Shown here in pieces: positions 1 to 11,524 of a stretch of DNA of 64,000 bases. The notes below the pieces were generated by a model. That model searched no databases and was not told the DNA's origin. It was given only the letters and a program-made list of their open reading frames with translations. Made by a program: the position numbers and the translations under genes. Positions within the stretch are counted from its first letter, which is position 1, and every line of letters starts with the position of its first letter. Source of the DNA: Hydrolagus affinis (taxonomy: Eukaryota); contig JAAILG010000809.1 of assembly GCA_012026655.1 (NCBI GenBank), forward strand, positions 1-64,000, read 5' to 3'.

Positions 1-690
1 GGTAAGATAGTTGCGGAGCCTGGCAATATTGCGCAGGTGGAAATAAGCGGTGCCGGTCAAGGCACGGATGTGGGGGAGGAAGGAGAGTTTTATACAGCTG
101 TATAGCTGTATAGCGCCTTTCATATTGGGAGGATGTCCCAAGGTGCTGGACAGAAAGTATTTTCTACCTCAGCTGGGGTTAGAATTGGGAAGGGTAGAGG
201 GCGGGGGGGGGGGGTTAATCAAAAGCACGGTCAAAGGAGGGCCTTGAGGTGTGTCTTGAAGGAGGCAAGGGATGGGGCGAGGCACAGGGACTGTGAGATG
301 AAGTCCCAGAGGGTGGGGGCAGAGTGGCTGAAGGCCCAACCACCAAGAGTGGACCGGGCAAGGTGGGGGGCATGAAGCAGGCTGGAGTTCGCTGAGCAGA
401 GAGAACAGACAGGTTGGTAGAGAATTAGGAGGTCAAAGAGGTAGTGGGGAGCAAGGCCATGGAAGTCTTTGAAGGAGATGACCAGGATCTTGAACTGTAT
501 CTGCTATGTGGTGGGAAGCTAGTGGATTTGGGTGAGAATGGGGATGATAGGGTCCCAGTGCCTGAGAGGACATGAAACCTAGTGCGGGAGAGGATATGGG
601 CTGCAGAGTTCTGGATGATCTGTAGCCTGAATAGAGATTCACTCTATGTGATGATTGTCTGCCAGTAGCAAATCTAAATTGTAGGATTAG
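1..690 (-). mobile_element. L2-clade LINE fragments (an ORF2 piece at 1-90 abutting a second copy's 3' end at ~92-690)
   Basis: Reverse strand gives L2 C-terminal motifs (AFSHSAPTLW..., SLASFKTHLK) and the L2 tail GGCGCTATA. Confidence 0.8.
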
Positions 691-759
691 AATGTTCCTG
701 CCTCCGCCCTGTGTCAATTTACCTTAATTTAATTCAGAAACTCAGTATAAAACAGCCAT

Positions 760-1030
760 GCAAAACTATAAGGTCCCAGGTTTGATTTCCATTGATAAAC
801 TGAATTAACTACTGTGGTGATAACTAGGGTACAAATAGGGCAGCTAAAGTTAGCCCCAACTATCTGAGCTAGGGTGAGAAGAGTGAGAACCAGCCAGGAA
901 TCCTCTTGTTGACTGCTATCTAGTGATATTGTTGAAAAGTGTGTGTGTAAATTTAGGTGAGAATAGGATTCCACGTGGTTACGATGCCCCTATGGTCAAA
1001 CAGCTTGCCAACAAGTACTCACTAGACACA
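760..1030 (+). mobile_element. Degenerate AmnSINE2-like ancient SINE
   Basis: Shares aaggtcccaggtttg, cagccagg, gctatctagtga, ggtgagaatagg and tatggtcaaacagcttgcc with other copies in the window. Family name from memory. Confidence 0.55.
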
Positions 1031-1111
1031 TAGACTTAATTATTCTGTGGTGGTAGCTGGAGGCATAAAACTCTGGTATTCTGAAGGAGAAGATTATTAG
1101 GTTTACCTTAC

Positions 1112-1168
1112 ATTTTATCAGAAGGAAAGGAATTGGGAGACATTTTCAGCGCCCAAGGGTGAGAATCA
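1112..1168 (-). CDS. Probable next exon (57 nt, phase 2 to 2): (N)DSHPWALKMSPNSFPSDK
   Basis: Acceptor gttttttttctttgtaccag|TG, donor AAT|gtaagg. Continues the frame of exon 4057-3852 (AA+T = Asn) without stops. Confidence 0.5.
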
Positions 1169-2359
1169 CTGGTACAAAGAAAAAAACATGTGAACAAGTT
1201 GAACAAAATACCTTGCATTTTTTTTTCTTTTGGTTATGGATTAAAAATGCCTTTTATCTTCCAAAATACACAAATTATCAACAGCTCCTTTAACTTTCTG
1301 CCAAACCAGAAACCCTTTGGTCACATTATGAAAAATCATGCATTAGCACTAATATATTGCTTTCATGATTTGTGATGTATTCTATATCGCATAGTTGTGT
1401 TGTAGCCTTATACCACACTCCTAGCTATCCATTGTTCGCTCCATAATCGACGTGGTGTAGGGCCCACCTACTGCATTGTCTACCTGTTGAAACAACAATT
1501 TATATAGCACCTTTAACATAGGATGAATGTCTCAAAGTACTTCACAAAAACAATGGAGCTCTTGAGCATGGAAGAAAGAAAACTGTAAATTTCATGCCCA
1601 AACACATTACTGTTCTTTTCTTGGCACTTTGGGTCAATGGTACATCAAGGGGGCGTTTAATGATTACTAACCGCAAGATTGTTTCTTTCATAAAATCTGA
1701 TTATTGAGGATTACCATTTTTGGTGGTTTCAAATGTGGAAGGCTTCAAGGGAAGGATGGTAGATTACAAAACAGTGATAACCTCATCCCACAATTAAGGA
1801 ATACAGCTGGTTTCTAAAAGACTCTGAAAGTTGCCTTTAGTTTCTCAATTAGATCCTAGTTACTGAGTGCAATGTATTCACGTCTGATTCTGCTCTCCTT
1901 TTGCCACTCAGCTCTCCCGCAATGCAGCCAGTCAGATGGAAGTGTTCACAGCTCGCTCTAAATGGGCAATGTAATCAAAAACTCCGCAAAATTGTAGTAG
2001 CAATCACTGTTGAAAGTAACTCACTTATGTCATTGTAATTTTATTATACAGTGGTTCATTTTGAAGTTTTCTCCGAGGAAAATCGCAGAATGTCATTTCA
2101 GAACAAATCCGGTTGTCTTCACTTTGGGAGCTGAATTTGACAACAGAAAGGATCCATTCATAAATTCGAGGTGAAAATGTTAGCAAATTAAATGATTATT
2201 TAATGGTAAATGTATTGAATATCTATGTTGGTATTGGGTAATCTAGGAGAAAGACATTGTGTTGGATGTTTCATCATCTAATATGCTGCCTTTGGAATCA
2301 CCCCAATTCACAACACTTTGTTAAGTCACATGATTGGTAATGGTGTGAATTAGTTGAAA

Positions 2360-2980
2360 ATAACATTAGATAAACAGTTCGATGATTCTAAGGTGGCTTG
2401 TGAAATAAACTGTAGATTGTAGGAGAGAAAAACTGGAAGATAAAATGTTCCATAATCTTGAGATCCTATGAAAATGAGTTTAACAATGTGTTGACTGCCA
2501 TCAAAAGTAAGAGATAGTAGCTTCTGATTTGAAATGCAGAAAAGACAAATAAACTGAATGCAGCTTTGAGGAACTGAAAGGAACAACATTATGTCTGTGT
2601 TTTATAGGACATACAGGTGATTAAGGTAATCACCGGCTCTGCAAGCGAAGCAATTGTTGCGAGTACTGAGGGTATGAAGTGAGGGTATGTATCAAAATGG
2701 TGAGACTGTGTGTTTATGGTACGAGAACAGAATGGAGCAATGTGAGAAGATTATTTGTCAAGATCATAAAGATGAAAATTGCAGAAGAAACGTGTGCCAA
2801 AAAGGATAAGTTTTTCTCTTTAGCTTTGAAAAGTGGTGTAAAGAAGGATTAAAATAAGTTTTAAGAGAAAGCTTTGTCGGGGGATCAGAAGGAATAAATG
2901 CTGGAGGGGCAATTAGGAAACCCTTGCTGCTTCTTTCCAAGAAAGTAACATTTAACAGCTCCAATATTTTGCTTACAGAC
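2360..2980. mobile_element. Highly decayed LINE relics (CR1-like RT piece on +, ~2360-2500; L2-like C-terminus on -, ~2760-2960)
   Basis: KQFDDSKVACEINC resembles CR1 KFADDTKLGG. PSLHHFSKLKRKTYPF resembles the L2 FK..LKTYLF end. Confidence 0.35.
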
Positions 2981-3851
2981 ATTGTGTGAGAAGGTAGTCA
3001 GCTTGGGAATCTTCAGACTCAATAAGATGCCTCTCTTACCACATGAAGAAGTACGATTCTGAACCTGTCCTTTGCCTATTTAGGAGAGGCATTCCTTATG
3101 AGTGCCAAAGTCTACAACAACATTGATTTCAATATAGAGGAATTTAGAATTGCCGGATTTGATTTTGTTCAGTAGACAGTCGAAAACTTCTGAAGAATTC
3201 AGTGGTTGGAGGAGTGGTAGGTAGATGCAGCAGATGGATCAAACGTACTAATTTACCAAATTACTTAGGTAGTAACACAAACTCTAGTCCCAAGATTACA
3301 TTCACTGTTAATTTCATATAAAAAATGGATCCAGATGTGACGATTTCATTACACCTCACTCTTTTTGACAGTAATCGTGCTACTGCTATAATAGAAGTTT
3401 TCCCAGCTTAATTAAAAATATAATAACTCTTCAGTAGTTAATACTATTTCCAGCTGATTTGCAAGAGAGGCGTTAGATAATAAGCAATGTACAATCTTAT
3501 GCATTTGTGCACTATTCATTATGCATTATGCACTTGTGCATTTAAACAATGGCACTACACATCAATAGTGAGCATTTGTTGCATACTATGGCACATATTC
3601 TGAGATGATTAAAACCGTACCAGCAATCAGATTATTTGCTTTCTGAAAACATAAAATTAAGCATGTGTAGATATATAATGTTAAATATACCCTGTAAGAG
3701 TTGCAGTGTCTCCTAGTAAATTAATTTTTGAAGCAGATTATTATTTATCAACATACAGTGTGTTTTCTGAAATCTTTCAGGAGTGTGTTGAAGTGCAGGT
3801 GTTTAGCAGTAAAATAGTTCATTTGCAAAATCTGCACCTGCATCTACTCAC

Positions 3852-4057
3852 TTGACTAGGATGGTTTCTGCTAGCAGCCCAAAACAAATAGATGCTGCCT
3901 TGAACAAAGAATGGGGTGGTGGGTTGTCAAAGGCTGTCATCATCATGTACACAATGAATGGCACCACAGCCATTAGGCCCAAGATTACTGCAAGAATCAT
4001 CCAATTCTGCCATTGGACAGCAACGAGCATCCATGCTGAGCCATTCTGTAGGTGGTA
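3852..4057 (-). CDS. OFCC1: Internal coding exon (206 nt, phase 0 to 2) of a membrane protein, tentatively OFCC1/ojoplano-like: YHLQNGSAWMLVAVQWQNWMILAVILGLMAVVPFIVYMMMTAFDNPPPHSLFKAASICFGLLAETILV
   Basis: Seen: strong acceptor (tttgttttctgtttcacag|TAC), consensus donor (CAA|gtgagt), only one open frame, and a TM-like hydrophobic stretch. The gene name rests on recalled similarity of the YHLQ..SAW...W..IL and LFKA..I.F..L.E.IL pattern to the C-terminal half of long-form Ofcc1/Opo. It is unverified and needs BLASTP. Confidence 0.65.
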
Positions 4058-4593
4058 CTGTGAAACAGAAAACAAATATCTTAATGTGTTGATGCTATGA
4101 ACATAAATAGCCTATAGCCAAAGAAACAAGACAGCAAAACACAAAGCAATAACTCACATCTGGTGACTTCTAATTATTACTGCAATTCATTTTGCAAAGT
4201 TCAAATAAAATTATGACTGCAAGTACATATTAGTTTACACAACTCTGCTGGTTGTATATCTAACCAAATAGTATTTTATGAGAAAATAAAATATTATTAT
4301 TCATGCACATTGGTATACATCATTATATATTATTAAACCAGTGAGGCTTGGTGTTTATTATATACAGTGTTTATATTTCTATTCTACAGTATTCAACCCT
4401 CTAGCGAAATGTTAAATCTTTTACTGCAGACAGTGTTGTATATTAACCCATATTTTAAAATGAAATTATATCTGTTGCTCTGTTATACTATGTAAAGTAA
4501 CCAGAATTCAAAATGGTTGTTTTTACTAAACAATCGTGTAAAATTTGAGAAAGCTTTTCAATTCATATTCCTAGATGTCACACGCATAGTGTA

Positions 4594-4916
4594 ATAATAA
4601 TAATAATTCTTGCATTTTGATATAGCGCTTTTCACGTCTTCTAGATGGCTCAAAGCGCTTCACAGAGTATACTTCAAAGTGAATTGACTGTATATTTGTG
4701 GGCGAAATACGCCAGCCGATTGCGCATAGCAGTGTCCCACAAACAGTTGTGGATCAAAATGATCAATTTAGTATAAGTTTTTTTTTTAACGGATTATTAT
4801 TAGACGTGTGGAGTAAGGAAACTTGCCCAAGGTTTCGCCCCAACCTGCCTGAATTCGAAACACAGGTCTCACACTTGTAAGGCGAATGCTCTAACCACTG
4901 AGCTACAGGACTCCAC
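4594..4916 (-). mobile_element. Full-length young tRNA-derived SINE (tRNA head, CORE-like snippet, Deu/SacSINE1-like body, L2 tail) with 7-bp TSD
   Basis: A-box tagctcagtgg, B-box gtttcgaattc, ccttgggcaagt, tail aaagcgctatatcaaaatgcaag(att)n. TAGTGTA occurs at both 4587-4593 and 4917-4923. Confidence 0.9.
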
Positions 4917-5512
4917 TAGTGTACAGTGGTCTAATCAGGCTGTACCTAGAGTACTGCATACTCCCAAATGTAGTACAGAAAAGAACAATAAGACTGATTC
5001 ACTGTGTTAGATGAGTGATGAGGAACAACTAGTTAAGATAGGGCTTGTCAAATGCAAGTTTTCTTTGTCTTATTATTATTATTCATTGTTATTATTTGAG
5101 TATTTCTATAAACCAAGGGTATGAACAGCTGCAAGGGTTACTTGGATGGGTAGGAGGGATCATCACCCTTAAAAAATGGTTTCATCATGTCAAGACAAAA
5201 TGGTGCCATTGGTAATCTGGATGGATTAAATGAAATGGGCCAAACAGCCTCATACATCTATGTCTCTCTTGTGATATTACAGGTTTTCATTATAGATGCA
5301 TATCACTAGCTACACACAGTTCAAGATTAAATTCTAAAACAGAAGGTTGCCAGGGGACACACTATGGTCAGTTTCCTTTATTATACATACAGTCATTTAC
5401 AGAAGAACAGGCTATGATTTAAAATAATCTGATTCCAAAATAAATTGTTCTCTGTATTTTGATTCCATTGTAATAATTTCCTGTTGTAATTTTAGGGTCT
5501 TAATTCACTTAC

Positions 5513-5571
5513 AATGAACAATGCAAGGCTTTCAAACAAGCTCTTAGTATTTATCATCAATGTTTTCAAAG
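5513..5571 (-). CDS. Probable preceding exon (59 nt, phase 1 to 0): xLKTLMINTKSLFESLALFI
   Basis: Branch-like tactaat, then acceptor cttttggcaaactacacag|CT and donor ATT|gtaagt. The phase-0 end joins exon 4057 in frame. Confidence 0.45.
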
Positions 5572-8231
5572 CTGTGTAGTTTGCCAAAAGTAATAATGAT
5601 GATATTAGTAAGAATAATAATAAAAATTTCAAAGCAATACCGTACACCCTTGCTCCTACCCATTCTCTAATCTGCCATGTTGGTCCCTTCAACTACAGCC
5701 TAGACCATGTTTATGCCAACTGTGAATCAGCAAAGGTCCAGCAGTCTAAAGTGAAGGAAGTTTCAAACCAAACAAATGGTGTATGAACCTTATTTGTTAA
5801 TGAAGTTTTACATTTTTATGGTCAGAATGTGGACAAATTTTATGCCACACAAAACAGCCTACAGAATTTTGCTAGAATTTTAAAATGGGTTACGTTATTT
5901 TACTTCAAATTATTAACTTTACATATGTGAAGGTAGGATTTGGGGCCCTATATTTTAAGGCAAAGAGCATAATATGTTTTGGACCTTAGGTCTCATCTTC
6001 AGTTCCAATCCTGACAGAATTTTGGGTCTGCAGTTAGCCTATATTCACCGCTTAACTGCAGAGTGAACTGCTTTCACTCCTGTGTCTGACCTTATACCTG
6101 GGCACCTTGGGTCTATACATTAAGCCTCATGTGAATACTACAAGCAAAACCACTGCGTTTCCTACAACAGGGATTCAGGCTGGAGTTTGCATGATGTCTC
6201 AACATCATTTAATTAGTGTCCTAAATTCATTTGCAATGCACACTGCACATTGTAGGCTGTTGTTCATGAATTAGTTTCTATGTGGCAAGAGCCGTCAAGC
6301 TATCTGTGATTTTTAATGTAACAGCGAGCCCCAGTAATGGCTCGCTGATAAGTGAATGCATCTATCTTCATTACCTGGTCATTTCTGTTTCGGTTTGCTC
6401 TACTGCTCGTAAAGGATATGTCTATGTGAACTGCACAATCAAGCCCTCATCCAAAGCAGATTCAGAACTTTCACTCATTTATTCTTGACTTCTCTTAATT
6501 AAATTTTATTAAAAATGCAATCGTTCATTATGACACATTCCTGTGAAGAGGGGCATTGCTCACAGGGAGATTTACTTCATTTCTGCTTTATCTACGCAGG
6601 CATTATTAGCATGAAAGGGAGCAAGTCAAAACTGCCTTTTCATGTTTACTCTCCTTCATTGAATAAACACATGGATACCAGGATAACATTTTTTAAAGCA
6701 CAGTCAGACTTCGTTAACACTGATCCAGGCAGTGTATATACTCTAAAACAAAATATTTTTCTCAAATATATTGCAGTTTGGACATTTTTAAATCTAAGGA
6801 AGTATTCCCACTTCCTGTTAATGTGATAACATTTAATTCCATTGATAATCATCTCTGTCACTGTGCTCCGAACAAATAGTCATTGAATAGAACATCAAGT
6901 GGCTTCTTATAACTCACATTAAATATTGAGGTCATTTGCAATACGAGGTAATGAGATCTGACTGCAATCCTTCCAAAGTTTCAACTTTAACAATACCACA
7001 ATCTTTTTCTAAGCAAGATCATCAAGTGGCACTTTTGATACTAAACTCCACATATTTCATGACTAAATACATAAGAAACACAATTATTGAAATTGGATGT
7101 TTGACCAGCAAGCAAACATTAGCACCAAACCATTTTTCTGTGGTATCCAGCATGGTTGCACCCAGGATGTAGAAGAGAAATGGCTTTTGAAACAGCTATG
7201 TCCTTCATAAAAGTTCTTACATATTGAATAAAGTGTGCAGGAAAAAGATTTTCATAGCTTCTTTAAAGTATAGCCCCAAGATAAACTCATTTTCAAATAT
7301 GTAATTTGAGAATATTATATGGAAGCAAAAAGATATTTTGGAAACCATGCTGACAACCTGCCAAAATGTGTCAGAAGTTAAGAGGGCAATTTTATGAATG
7401 CCAACAATCAGTGTGTCAGATAGCATTAAATAAATGAAGAGATTTCAGGCATTGGTATGTATTTCTTTACATGAATACTCTTCAGCTATAATTCTCTTTC
7501 AACATATTACTGGCTTTATGGCCCTGTAGGTCAAGCAAACTATTGAGAGGTCAAAAACTGTGCCAAGAAGCTACAGTATCCACAGAAGGAATGTAATTAT
7601 GTTTTTAAATTCCTGACAGAGAAAGAAAGTCAGACAAACCTCTTTTGACCTGTAAAAGCTCTTAGACTGAGAGGAACATGAGATCATGGGCAAATTAGAG
7701 GCGGCTTTGGTAATTCAGCACTAAGTGCAAGGTACTGGCCTAACGTCATTCTTTCTGTTTAATGTTTTATTAGCACCAAAATGCAGACAGTTAACTTAAC
7801 ATTTGAAATAGGGTCCCCACAATGGTTTGGAATGGGGGGAAAACAGTAAATAACAATCTGTTTACACTATCGATATTTGAAAAGATTTTGATTTTCCATT
7901 AGCCATTATGTTTCACCCCCCTCCCTTTATTCTCTAATCCATTTGAGTATGCTTTCTCATTTGGAAAGAGAATGCCTCTTGACGGATTAGTTTTTTGTAA
8001 GATAGGACAACTATCAAATCTCAGAGCTCTATTCTTAGACAGTGCTTTTATGTAACTTTATAAAATCTTATCTGCTGCATTAAACTATGACACGTCACTG
8101 GCACCGCAGTTTCTCAGGATCAGTTTTGTAAAACTTGTGGCTTTCTGCCAAAGTCCAATTTGCAGTTAAACTGAAAAATAAACAAGTGGAACTTAGGGAA
8201 GAGTGAAGGAGTACTCCACTTGAATCCATGA

Positions 8232-8340
8232 ATAATAATAATAATAATAACCCTTGCATTTGATATAGCGCGTATTACATTTTATCGATGTTTCAAAGCG
8301 CTTCACAGAATTTACTATAAAATGAATTGACTATATTTAT
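8232..8340 (-). mobile_element. 5'-truncated SINE (same L2-tailed family)
   Basis: (aat)n-ccttgcatttgatatagcgc...aaagcgcttcacaga matches 4594-4690. Confidence 0.8.
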
Positions 8341-8859
8341 ATGTATATATGAACTCAGCAAGCCAAAACAAATGAAACCTAGAAACAGAGCAAATTTCAA
8401 AAGCTGCTGTTTCCTGTAGAGACGTCAAAAAAGAAAGAGACTAAAATGGAATTTATTGAAATTGTGTCCAAATTTTCATTTTAATCCTAACACGACTGCT
8501 TTTGCCCGTGAAACACACAGCGTATCCTGTAAAGCGCTTTGAAAAGGCGCTGTGCAAAAATGTACGATTATTATGAGTACAAATTCTTAATGCAATTGTA
8601 GAATTTTGAAATTGACTATGTTTTTAACCAACCATTTTGTGTGGTGCTTCTGTGCAATATTAAATAGAGTAGCTTGAATTTCACTTTTGTATGCGGGGAG
8701 CGATGTGACCATAGGCCATAAACAATATGCGAAAGGTGACTTTCACTGGGGTCTACCTTATTGTTGGTACCACATTAATTTCTATCTTGAGGCATAACCC
8801 AATGAGAAGTCTCCAAACCCCACACGAATGCTTCATCTCTTCTCAATTAGTCCTTATAA

Positions 8860-9015
8860 GCCTCTCCTCCCAATATGGCCCAGTTTTGATGAAGGTTCAT
8901 GGACCCAAAATGTTGACACACTTTCCTTTCTCCATAGATTCTGCTTGACCTGCTGTGTGTGCCCAGCAACTTCTGTTCTCTTTCAGATTTCCAGCATCGG
9001 CAGTGTTTTGCAATT
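8860..9015 (+). mobile_element. Penelope-like element terminal fragment with decayed hammerhead motif
   Basis: ttgatgaaggttcatggacccaaaatgttgac...ctccatagattctgcttgacctgctg...agatttccagcatcggcag matches the common chondrichthyan PLE terminal repeat (from memory). Confidence 0.65.
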
Positions 9016-9169
9016 GAATGCTTTATCCTATGACTTACTCTGATCATCCAAGTTAATCTGTAGTCAAATTTGAACTGGACCAGATCTGTCCTCATTTCTA
9101 GTGGAAAGCAGAGAAGTATGTATGAAGTCTGCAACTATCTGTATATTTAACTTATCTCTATCAAATGCT

Positions 9170-9500
9170 CTACTTTCCTGAAGTTAGAAGCTCCATACCT
9201 AGGGTATATAGTTTCTTTGGGATTATACCTCAACCAAGTGGTCAGTTTCATATACGAGTCCAGTGCGAAGGAGAGAGAAATGCCAATCTTTTTCTCCCTC
9301 AATATCCAAACCGCTCTTTCCAATAGAGCGCATAAAGAATCAAAATTCTCATTGATTTTTAATTTATTCAGTTAATGATGCCAAGAGATATTTGAACATC
9401 ACCATTGGTGATGAGATCACTTAACTCAGCAAAGAATAGGGGATTGAATAGCAGACCATTCTGGCCACATACTGGGCAGTGTCTTAGTCAATCCAGTCAT
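9170..9500 (-). mobile_element. Degenerate AmnSINE2-like SINE
   Basis: Reverse complement contains gctgagttaagtgatctca and related family blocks. Confidence 0.4.
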
Positions 9501-11524
9501 TGGGGAGCTGCAACTACAGTTTGATAAATTGATTTAATCTGAGCAAAGTCCAAATTAATTTGCTTATTAAGATGCATTTTGATCCAATTTCTATTTTCAT
9601 TACCCAACCTGTTTTTTTTCCGAGAGAATTAGCAGGGAGCAAGATGCATAGTGTCACTTGTGTTAGCATTGAGGGCTACAGAGAAGTGTTTAGCTAAATG
9701 CTTGCAGCCACACTTCAAATGGTGCAAATAATTCAGCAAAAAGACTTGCTAGATCCGAAAAGAATGTGTGTGTGTATATATTGTATCTATAGAGAAAGAG
9801 AGAGAAGGCTGAAAGCAGATAGTAACAAATGCAAACAATTTATTGATCTTAATCCCTGGAACAATCATTCTAAATCACCCAGATTTTGCCAATTGTACTA
9901 TGTGCATTAGTGATCACTGTAAATCAGGGCTTACCTGATATGAAATCACCACAATTATCTATAGCAGTGCATAAATGCACTCAGCACAAGTAATATACCT
10001 AGGTTATGTGTTCACTGCAATCTGAAATCGGAATGCCCTACAGCTAACCAGCCGAGAATTTTGATGGATTGACAGTGCCATGTGGTGTTTACCTTTAAAA
10101 CTAAGAGATGTTCTATCTGAATCTCTCTTGCATTTTACAGCAATTTCATGTCCACAGGATTACTTGGTACTTATGCCTTGTGTGACAACTTCTAAAACAA
10201 ATGCTTTTAAGCCACGACAGGTAGAAATTCCATCTGGGTCTCAGTTTACTTGATTAAGGTACAATTTCAGAGTCTTTCAAATTTGTCAAATTCTTAAATA
10301 CAGTAATTGAATTTCTTCTTTTAAGAACCCTACAGAAGACAGGCTTCAAAGTTGGAACTGAATTCAGCAATTTAACAAATTCTATTAAATTGAGACTTGG
10401 ATGGAATTTCTGTCCCTCTATACATAGAAAATAGCCAGTACTCAGAGCAATCAACAGTAGTGATTCCATGACGTCTGGGAGATGTTTGAAAGAACATGGT
10501 TTTCTAACTGTTCACACTCAGACGTAAACAAGTTTAGGGTTAAGATAATCAACGATATTGTCCCAAAGACAATGGTCAAATTCTTTCATTCTAGAATTGA
10601 GTGTGTTCATTGAAGCCCCAATCTGAACTTCACTGAATAATTTGTTGGGTTCAAAGGCCTTTGTTAAGGTGTGAGCAGGCCTCTGAAATAGTTTATCTGT
10701 TGAGGCTCTAGGCTAGAGTGGGAGGTCAGATTTGAGATGTCTTTGTGTGTCAGAGAGAGAAAGAAAGAGAAGAAAGAGAGGCTTGATTGCATGTTTTCTT
10801 GTGTCCTGCAAAGAAAGCTACTGTTTTTAAAAGCAAATCTTCTTGTCAGTAGAACCTTCCATTTTTTCTTGCATTTATTCTTTTATTTGGCTCTTTTAAT
10901 GCCAATGTATATATATTTCTAAATGAATAAATCCAAATGAATATGTATTCAGAAATGTACAATACATACTGCCATTAAAATAATTCTCCACAGGATGGTC
11001 CTTTGCCAATAAGCTTTGTGCAGTTTGACAATATTTACATATACAAATAATGGGAAAAACTCATTAACCATGCACATCATCGCAGGGTGCTCAAATTACC
11101 AGCTCGGGGAGCATCATGATATACAATACAAAATTACATTTATATAGTGCCATTCATGTTGGGAGGACCTCCCAAGGTGCTGGGTATATTTCAGTACATG
11201 AAGCAGACTGCTAGTAAAATAGTGCAATGCTGGGTTAATAAAATCTGACTGAATGTCCAGCTAGTAACTGAATTAAAGATTATAAGGACAGGTACAAGTG
11301 CAGATGATCTATTATGATGGTTTCTGAGCTACTTTCTACTGACTCTCCACATGCAGGTAACTGCTACACCTCTTTGAGAAGATCATGGAGGAAGGCACCT
11401 TTGGAGGAACTTTCCTGGCAAGGTTTGAAATGGGGCACTTCCATTTGGTGTGGAGCTGGAAAATCACTCTTTTACACCAGCCATGGATTGATTTCTCCCT
11501 CTCTTCTATTAGTTGCTTGCTGCA

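Noticed and set aside
3852-4100. Plus-strand 82-aa ORF
   Set aside because: Antisense shadow of the minus-strand exon.
4835-4916. tRNA gene (also 33759-33835 and 63545-63615)
   Set aside because: No acceptor stem. These are SINE heads continuous with SINE bodies.
5492-5692. ORF with an apparent TM helix FLLLFLLISSLLLL
   Set aside because: The hydrophobic run comes from (TTA)-rich sequence that looks like a branch/pyrimidine region, and the acceptor at 5692 is poor. Only 5571-5513 was kept.
7217-7360. Exon-like segment with a gtaaga donor
   Set aside because: The open frame ends in phase 2, incompatible with the next candidate exons.
8700-9100. LF-SINE-like snippets (also ~32280-32320)
   Set aside because: Similarity is limited to short degenerate stretches and needs nhmmer to support.
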